Below are positions 55,327-60,907 of a DNA stretch of 60,907 nt, piece by piece; the first letter of the stretch is position 1, and every line of letters begins with the position of its first letter. The notes under the pieces are model-generated. The model was given only the letters and a program-made list of their open reading frames with translations, was not told the DNA's origin and ran no database searches. The stretch lies in contig CAMOSR010000002.1 of assembly GCA_946625165.1 (NCBI GenBank), forward strand, positions 1 to 60,907. Direction: 5' to 3'. The translations under genes were made by a program, and so were the position numbers. This DNA is from an uncultured Bacillota bacterium. Lineage in GTDB: Bacteria > Bacillota_I > Bacilli_A > RF39 > UBA660.

Positions 55327-55872
55327 ATGAGTGTATTTATAGCGTGCACATCTTTAATTATTCTTATTTGTCTAATATTAATTTGGATAGCTTCTACGTA
55401 TAATAGATTTCAGATTTTTACAATTAGAATTAACGAGGCTGAAACAAATATTGATTCAGTTTTAAGGAAAAGGTTTGATTTACTAAATAAATCTAGTGAA
55501 ATCATCAAAGAAAACACTGATACTAAAGACGATGTTTTGGGCCAAGTAGAAAAATTAAAATCTAAGAAGCTTTCTAATTTTGAATTGGATAGAAAATTAT
55601 ATGATGCTTTAAAAGAATTTAACAAATATAAGGAAAGATTTCCTAAAATCAAAAATAATGATACTTTTGTGAAGATTGATGTTGAACTTGGTGAATCAGA
55701 AGCGGAAATAGTTGCTTTTAGAAAGTATTATAACGATATTATAACTGACTACAATAAAATGGTTAAGTCTTTTCCTTCAAACTTAGTGGCTTTAATTTTT
55801 AAATTTAAAAGTAAGCTTTACTTTGATGGAAAAGATATGAGTGATGATGATATTCATGACTTTAAATTATAG
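55327..55872 (+). CDS. lemA: LemA family protein
   Basis: N-terminal TM helix, then YNRF, IDSVLKRRFDLL-type (here IDSVLRKRFDLL), and ARKYYN-type (here FRKYYND). Confidence 0.85.
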   Translation: MSVFIACTSLIILICLILIWIASTYNRFQIFTIRINEAETNIDSVLRKRFDLLNKSSEIIKENTDTKDDVLGQVEKLKSKKLSNFELDRKLYDALKEFNKYKERFPKIKNNDTFVKIDVELGESEAEIVAFRKYYNDIITDYNKMVKSFPSNLVALIFKFKSKLYFDGKDMSDDDIHDFKL

Positions 55873-55896
55873 ATCAAATTATTTGATCTTTTTTTG
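55871..55896 (+). terminator. lemA terminator
   Basis: AGATCAA-ATTAT-TTGATCT followed by TTTTTT. Confidence 0.6.
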
Positions 55897-55941
55897 TGAA
55901 TAGAAATATATATGATGGCATATACTTTTTTGGGTGATAAT

Positions 55942-56724
55942 ATGAATTTTAAAATCGGAGATTTAGTCACACGAAATTCTCATGGCAATGATATTATTTT
56001 TAAAATTATTAAAATAAATGGTGATACAGCCTGTCTTAAGGGGGTTAATGTAAGGCTTATTGTTGATAGTGATATTAATGATTTAAGTATATATAATAAC
56101 GAAGATATAGAACAAGAAGAGAATTTTATGAAAAGAATTGAGCAGCCCTTAGATTTGAATCGTAATGATTACTTTTATCTACCTGGAAAAATTTTACATA
56201 TTGATAGTGATCCTGATTATCTATCTAGATGTTTAGATTATTATGATAAGTCTAGTGTATGGTCAATGGGGATTAATGAAAAAGAAGAAGATATTGGAAG
56301 CAACATTAAAGGTTGGCTAGAAAAATATAAGCCTAATATAGTGGTTATAACGGGACATGATGCTTATTATAAACGAAAGGGTGCGATAAATGATATTAAT
56401 GCTTATAAAAATAGTAAGTATTTTGCTTCAGCTATTAAAAAAGCCCGTGAATACGAAGGAAGTCATGAAAAACTAATTATTATAGCTGGTGGGTGTGGCT
56501 CTTGTTATGAAGAACTTATAAAAGCTGGCGCTAATTTCGCTTCTAGTCCAAAGCGAATAAATATTCACGCTTTGGATCCTGCGGTCATTGCTACTAAAAT
56601 GAGTTTATCAGATATAAATAAAAATATCGATTTAAAAGATATTTTAGATCAAACTAAATACGGAAAAGATGGTATGGGTGGAATAATAACGAAAGGTACT
56701 ATGTATGTTGGATATCCAAGGTAA
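55942..56724 (+). CDS. yabG: Sporulation-specific protease YabG
   Basis: Contains MNFKIGDLVTR, VVITGHDAY and GGCGSCYEEL. GGGTGA Shine-Dalgarno before the ATG at 55942. Confidence 0.85.
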   Translation: MNFKIGDLVTRNSHGNDIIFKIIKINGDTACLKGVNVRLIVDSDINDLSIYNNEDIEQEENFMKRIEQPLDLNRNDYFYLPGKILHIDSDPDYLSRCLDYYDKSSVWSMGINEKEEDIGSNIKGWLEKYKPNIVVITGHDAYYKRKGAINDINAYKNSKYFASAIKKAREYEGSHEKLIIIAGGCGSCYEELIKAGANFASSPKRINIHALDPAVIATKMSLSDINKNIDLKDILDQTKYGKDGMGGIITKGTMYVGYPR

Positions 56725-56941
56725 GCCGTGTAATAGCTTAGAAATTAAGCAGGCTTTAATACCTCATCTAGGCAAAACTGTTAAAATAAAGTATAATTTG
56801 GGTCGTAATAAATATGAAACATATGAAGCCAAAATTATTAAAATATATAACTGTGTTTTTTTAGTAAAACTTCAAAATAATATTGTGAAATCTTTTTCAT
56901 TTGCGGATATAATTACGAAAATTATCAAAATATATGAATAA
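56705..56941 (+). CDS. veg: Veg protein
   Basis: SLEIKQALIPHLGKTVKIKYNLGRNK...VFLVKL...SFSFADI aligns to Bacillus Veg. Overlaps the yabG 3' end by 20 nt. Confidence 0.8.
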   Translation: MLDIQGKPCNSLEIKQALIPHLGKTVKIKYNLGRNKYETYEAKIIKIYNCVFLVKLQNNIVKSFSFADIITKIIKIYE

Positions 56942-57018
56942 AATATCTTAAGTTATTGATTTTTGCTTTTAAATATTGTACAATTATAACGAAATCATGC
57001 TAGAAGGGAGAGGTTAGC

Positions 57019-57285
57019 TTGGAAATTACATCAGTCAATGTTCGCAAAATGGACAATGAAAACCATATGCGTGGTATCGCTTCAGTAGTCCTCGATAATT
57101 GCTTTGCTATTCATGGAATTAGAATTATCGAAGGTAATAGTGGATTATTTACTGCTATGCCTAATCGTAAAACTAATGATGGAACATATCACGATATTGC
57201 TCATCCAATTACACAAGAATGTCGTAAGCAATTCGAAGATGCGATTATTGAAGAGTATAACAAAGTTAAAGAAGAAGGCGAATAG
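57019..57285 (+). CDS. spoVG: Septation/sporulation regulator SpoVG
   Basis: Starts MEITSVNVRKMDNENHMRGIASVVLDNCFAIHGIRIIEG and contains FTAMPNRK and HDIAHPI. TTG start after GGGAGAGG. Confidence 0.92.
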   Translation: MEITSVNVRKMDNENHMRGIASVVLDNCFAIHGIRIIEGNSGLFTAMPNRKTNDGTYHDIAHPITQECRKQFEDAIIEEYNKVKEEGE

Positions 57286-57299
57286 TTCGTCTTTTTTTT
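57277..57299 (+). terminator. spoVG terminator
   Basis: GGCGAA-TAG-TTCGTC followed by TTTTTTTT. Confidence 0.5.
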
Positions 57300-57333
57300 A
57301 TGTATGAGTCATATAATTGTTTAGGAGGTTCTT

Positions 57334-57624
57334 ATGGACAAGATAGATAGTGTAATAACTTCATTAAATCATAGTATAACTATTAATGAAAGAAAAAATA
57401 TAATTATTACCGGGGTTAAAAAAATTGAGAGTTTTGATGAGGAAGAGTTTTTTATGGAAACTAGTATGGGCAATTTAACTTTAAAAGGCCAAGGGTTAGA
57501 AATCATAAAGCTCGATACATATCAAGGTAATGTTTCAATAAAAGGCAAGCTTGATAGTATTTCTTATTCAGAAGGTCAAGGCAAAGAAAAAGATAGTGGT
57601 TTATTCAGCAAACTATTTAAATAG
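57334..57624 (+). CDS. yabP: Sporulation protein YabP
   Basis: Contains ITINERKNIIITGVKKIESFDEEEF and LEIIKLD. Confidence 0.85.
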   Translation: MDKIDSVITSLNHSITINERKNIIITGVKKIESFDEEEFFMETSMGNLTLKGQGLEIIKLDTYQGNVSIKGKLDSISYSEGQGKEKDSGLFSKLFK

Positions 57625-57899
57625 TGCCTTTAAAGTTACAAATATTATCTTTATCCTTTTCTTTTGTTTTTGGGTTTTCTTTTTCTTTGTTTTTAAATTT
57701 AAGTTACAAAATAATATATAATGATATTAGAATAATTAAGTATATTGGTTCATTTTTTATAGTCACATTAAGTGTTTTGGTTTATTTTATATTTCTTCAA
57801 AAAATAAATAACTCTACTTTTCATCCTTATCAGCTCATTATGATTATATTAGGTTTTTCATTTCAATGTAAATTTCATAATAAAATTACAAATAGATAG
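57624..57899 (+). CDS. yabQ: Spore cortex biosynthesis protein YabQ
   Basis: 91-aa three-helix membrane protein. Its GTG overlaps the yabP stop, the conserved yabP-yabQ pairing. Confidence 0.7.
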   Translation: MPLKLQILSLSFSFVFGFSFSLFLNLSYKIIYNDIRIIKYIGSFFIVTLSVLVYFIFLQKINNSTFHPYQLIMIILGFSFQCKFHNKITNR

Positions 57900-57967
57900 T
57901 ACACTCTTTCATTATTGTAAAAAAATATAAAAGATGATATACTTTTATTGATAGTAGAGGTGATGCA

Positions 57968-58393
57968 ATGGCTAAAAAGGTTTCTAAAAAAGCTAAAAGA
58001 AGGCTTGTTATATTAGGCCCTATTGCTGTTTTTATAATTGGTTATTGTGCTTTTACTCTGGTTACTACTACTATAAATTTATATAATTTAAACCGAGAAG
58101 AAAAGGAATTAACTGAAAAGCTTACTAGTTTAAAATCAGACGCTAAATCACTTAAGTCGGAAATTAATAAACTGCAAGATAAGGAATATATTGCAAGGTA
58201 TGCAAGAGAAAATTATTTATATACTAAAAATGGCGAATATGTTATAAAACTAAATGATGATGGCACAACTATAAAGGAAGTTAAGGCTAATTATAATGAA
58301 GATTATTTAATTTATGGTTGTATTATTATTATAGTTTTTGTTTTCTTATTTATTATTAGAAGACATTTTAAAAGTCTAAAAAAACGCAAATAG
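57968..58393 (+). CDS. divIC: Septum formation initiator (DivIC/FtsB family)
   Basis: N-terminal TM helix and coiled coil (LKSEINKLQDKEYIARYARENY). There is an extra C-terminal hydrophobic helix. Confidence 0.8.
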   Translation: MAKKVSKKAKRRLVILGPIAVFIIGYCAFTLVTTTINLYNLNREEKELTEKLTSLKSDAKSLKSEINKLQDKEYIARYARENYLYTKNGEYVIKLNDDGTTIKEVKANYNEDYLIYGCIIIIVFVFLFIIRRHFKSLKKRK

Positions 58394-58403
58394 CGTTTTT
58401 TTT
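58378..58403. terminator. Bidirectional terminator between divIC and aspS
   Basis: AAAAAACGC-AAATA-GCGTTTTTTTT. Confidence 0.65.
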
Positions 58404-58407
58404 GTTT

Positions 58408-59724
58408 TTAAGGATTAAGTCTACTTGGCCCCCTAAATATAAACATGGCTTCTTTTACTGTAGGAATATTAAGAAGTAACATTGTTAGTCTATCTAAGCC
58501 TATGGCAAAACCTCCATGTGGTGGACAGCCATATTTGAAGAATTCTAGATAAAACTTAACGTCTTCACCTAGTCCCTTACTTTGGGCATTTTTCTTGATT
58601 TCTTCATATCTATGCTCTCTTTGGGCTCCAGTAGTTATTTCTACACCATTCCATATTAGGTCATAACCTTGCAGTTTTCCATCTTTATCTCGCATGTGGT
58701 AGAATGCTCTTTTATCAGCTGGAAAATCTGTTACAAAAATGAATTGATGATTAAATTTGTCTTGTGCAAGTTTTAGACATAGCTTCTCTGCTTCTGTTGT
58801 TAAATCTGTAGTTTCAGATTTGTCAACTTTATATCCATATCTTTCTTCTAATTCCTTATATATATCGCTTAACCTCATAGAAGGAAATGGTAATTTAGGA
58901 ACTACTATATCGATATTGAAAATTCTTTTTATTTCTTCTCCCATTTCTTCTTTTACTTTTTTTAATGCGTAGGTGATCATCTCTGATTCTAAGTTCATAA
59001 CATCTTCGTAGCTATTTATATAGGCACATTCGACATCAAAACTGGTGAATTCTGTTGCATGTTTACTGGTATTAGAGTTTTCTGCTCTAAAGCATGGAGC
59101 CACCTCAAATACACGGTCAAATCCAGCTGACATTGCCATTTGTTTATAGAATTGTGGACTTTGAGCAAGATAAGCTTTTTTATCAAAATATTTAATTTCA
59201 AATACTTCACTACCGCTCTCACTTGCTGCACCAATTATTTTTGGTGTGTGTATTTCCATAAAATTATTATTATATAAGTACTCTCTTAAATATTTTGTTA
59301 GTAGGCTTTGAACTTTGAAAATGGCGCTATTTCTTTCATTTCGCAAGTCTAAAAATCTATTATCTAATCTTGTATCTAATTTTACATTTTCTAAATCGTT
59401 ATAATTAAATGGTTTTTCTTCTTCACTTAAGCTTGTTATTTCTATTTTTGTTGGAATAATTTCCATTCCTCCTAGTTTTACTTTTGGAGCTTTTTTCAAT
59501 GTACCTTTAACTTTTAATGTACTATCAATTGTCAAACTGTTAACAATCTCGTTAAGCTTTTTATTTTCATCATTTTTTTCAACAGTCATTTGGACTTTTC
59601 CAGTACTGTCTTTTAAAATAACAAATTGTACCCATTGTAAATTACGTATATTATCTACTGTTGCCTGAAATTCAATTTCTTTTTCATAATAATTGCTTAG
59701 TTCTTTTACAAATATCTTATTCAT
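58408..59724 (-). CDS. aspS: Aspartate--tRNA ligase, archaeal/type-2 (possibly non-discriminating)
   Basis: OB-fold N-terminus. Contains FLDLRN, QSPQFYKQ, FRAENSNTSKHATEF, GGFAIGLDRL and the C-terminal FRGPSRLNP. ~440 aa with no bacterial insertion domain. The start is at 59724 or 59751. Confidence 0.85.
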   Translation of the reverse strand: MNKIFVKELSNYYEKEIEFQATVDNIRNLQWVQFVILKDSTGKVQMTVEKNDENKKLNEIVNSLTIDSTLKVKGTLKKAPKVKLGGMEIIPTKIEITSLSEEEKPFNYNDLENVKLDTRLDNRFLDLRNERNSAIFKVQSLLTKYLREYLYNNNFMEIHTPKIIGAASESGSEVFEIKYFDKKAYLAQSPQFYKQMAMSAGFDRVFEVAPCFRAENSNTSKHATEFTSFDVECAYINSYEDVMNLESEMITYALKKVKEEMGEEIKRIFNIDIVVPKLPFPSMRLSDIYKELEERYGYKVDKSETTDLTTEAEKLCLKLAQDKFNHQFIFVTDFPADKRAFYHMRDKDGKLQGYDLIWNGVEITTGAQREHRYEEIKKNAQSKGLGEDVKFYLEFFKYGCPPHGGFAIGLDRLTMLLLNIPTVKEAMFIFRGPSRLNP

Positions 59725-59777
59725 GTTCTTCTCTTCTTTCTTATTAATCATATAAATATGACTTAAACTTCTATTTT

Positions 59778-59806
59778 ATTATATAATTATTTGCTGTTTT
59801 AATCAA
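59778..59806 (-). promoter_or_regulatory. Sigma-A promoter for aspS
   Basis: TTGATT, a 17-nt spacer, then TATAAT. Confidence 0.5.
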
Positions 59807-59840
59807 TTTGTTTCTTGTATTTCTTTATTTTTTTTAAATT

Positions 59841-59875
59841 AAAAGTGAATCTTTTTTTCTTATGGATTCACTTTT
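59841..59875 (-). terminator. Hairpin after ftsX (weak terminator)
   Basis: AAAAGTGAATC-(13 nt)-GATTCACTTTT. The U-run is only the distal part of the stem. Confidence 0.4.
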
Positions 59876-59884
59876 AATCATTAA

Positions 59885-60784
59885 TTATATTTTTAAATGT
59901 TTTTTTACAGCTCTCCAAGAGCCAAACATACCTACTAATATGCCAACTAGTAGCAAAATTATTGATGTTTGATATACAAATGGAACTGGGGCAATTAATT
60001 TTATGAAGTTTGAGAATAAATGTCCACCAAAATGTCTATATAGTTCTGTATATCCATATATTGTGACAATAATTGGAATAATTGATCCTAATATTCCCAA
60101 TAGTAGTCCTTCTATAATAAATGGGATTCTAATATTTAAATTAGATGCTCCTATTAATCTCATAATTCCTATTTCTCTTTGTCTTGAACTTATGGTAATT
60201 TTAATTGTATTAGAAATTAGGAAAGCGGTAACTAGTACTAGGGCTACGACGGCACCTATACAAATTTTATGAATAAATTCGAAAGTGGCAATTAATTGTT
60301 CAACCATTCCTTCGCCATATTTTACAAGTGTTATGCCTTCGATATTTTTTATTTCGTCGGCAACTTTTTTAATTCCATTAATATCAATAACTTTAACTTG
60401 GTATGTATTTTGAATTGGATTTTCATCATCATCCCAGTTTTTCATGATATTGTCAAACACTTCTGAAGAATCGCGCATCTCTTCTGTAATTGTTTGTTTT
60501 GACTTAAATTCATACTTTTCAACGTTATCAATAGTACTTATCTTATCTTTTATCTCATCTATTTGTTCTGTAGTTAGTTCATTGTCTAAAAAGGCTACTA
60601 TTGTTACATCTTTTTCAACTAAAAGTGTAAAGTTATCAACGTTTTCTGAGAGGACCATAGAAATGGCAACAACGATTAGTGTTATAGTGATACATGATAT
60701 AGAGGCAAATGATAAGGAAAAGTTTCTAAACACTCCTTTAAAAGCATCTCTTATATTTCTTCCAATTATTCTAATTGTTTTCAT
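59885..60784 (-). CDS. ftsX: Cell division permease-like protein FtsX
   Basis: Starts RNIRDAFKGVFRN. One TM helix, an extracellular domain, three C-terminal TM helices, and REIGIMRLIGAS. Confidence 0.88.
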   Translation of the reverse strand: MKTIRIIGRNIRDAFKGVFRNFSLSFASISCITITLIVVAISMVLSENVDNFTLLVEKDVTIVAFLDNELTTEQIDEIKDKISTIDNVEKYEFKSKQTITEEMRDSSEVFDNIMKNWDDDENPIQNTYQVKVIDINGIKKVADEIKNIEGITLVKYGEGMVEQLIATFEFIHKICIGAVVALVLVTAFLISNTIKITISSRQREIGIMRLIGASNLNIRIPFIIEGLLLGILGSIIPIIVTIYGYTELYRHFGGHLFSNFIKLIAPVPFVYQTSIILLLVGILVGMFGSWRAVKKHLKI

Positions 60785-60907
60785 AACTATAGGTTCCTTC
60801 CTTATAATCTTTTAATACTCTTCCGGCATCTAATACTATAACTCTTTTATTCATTTGTTTTACAATATCTATATCATGTGTAACCATTATAATGGTTGTT
60901 CCTAATT
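60771..60907 (-). CDS. ftsE: Cell division ATP-binding protein FtsE (C-terminal fragment, cut by the window edge)
   Basis: Hand-translated as LGTTIIMVTHDIDIVKQMNKRVIVLDAGRVLKDYKEGTYSYENN*. Overlaps the ftsX start by 14 nt. Confidence 0.8.
   Translation of the reverse strand, partial: LGTTIIMVTHDIDIVKQMNKRVIVLDAGRVLKDYKEGTYSYENN

Noticed and set aside
57104-57307. 67-aa ORF overlapping spoVG in another frame
   Set aside because: It lies entirely inside a strongly conserved gene, has no Shine-Dalgarno sequence and has a hydrophobic junk-like composition.
1-60907. Scan for CRISPR arrays, IS or transposase genes, integrases, phage blocks, restriction-modification or other defence genes, rRNA and tRNA
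   Set aside because: I found no regularly spaced direct repeats, no recombinase or nuclease-helicase defence signatures, and no tRNA-like GTTCGAATC-type arms. The only GC-rich non-coding patches are the two T-box leaders, a polC terminator and the clamp upstream of rnr.

Overview
This is a gene-dense, low-GC (roughly 28-32% by eye) Bacillota chromosome segment. Most genes sit in long minus-strand housekeeping operons. The gene content points to an endospore former that also has an RNA polymerase delta subunit, so something like Erysipelotrichia or Bacilli rather than Clostridia. The supporting genes are gpr, spoIIP, a yqxA-like gene, gerQ, yabG, spoVG, yabP, yabQ and rpoE.

Recognisable content:
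- Translation: rpmF, rpmG (missed by the ORF track), rpsT, lepA, efp, prfA, prmC, valS, serS, a type-2 aspS, trmB and tmcAL.
- Replication and repair: polA, polC, rnhB, nfo, mutM and rnr.
- dTMP synthesis: thyA, folA and tmk.
- Cell wall and division: two PBPs, a VanY-family peptidase, divIC, ftsX and ftsE.
- Two T-box leaders, one before valS and one before serS.
- Four small type IV pilin-like genes at three loci, with no pilus assembly genes nearby.
- One 1087-aa modular surface protein.

I see no rRNA, tRNA, CRISPR array, transposase, integrase or recognisable defence gene. The window reads as core genome, not an accessory island, and I did not find a convincing novel multi-gene system.

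The items most worth a second look:
1. A 387-bp non-coding gap upstream of rnr. A near-consensus promoter there fires directly into a GC-rich 9-bp clamp that closes a 113-nt AT-rich domain. The clamp exactly frames a 45-codon hydrophobic/basic ORF.
2. A T-box(Ser)-controlled operon in which two tightly coupled, uncharacterised coiled-coil ORFs precede a divergent serS.
3. A self-contained orphan 328-aa coiled-coil gene between polC and the surface-protein gene.
4. A long hairpin and repeated ATGTCTAT boxes upstream of the surface-protein promoter.

Many ORF-track starts are over-extended, because an in-frame GTG lies inside the AGGTGAT Shine-Dalgarno sequence. I corrected those starts where the sequence supports it. 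All functional calls come from motif recognition by eye. No database search was run.
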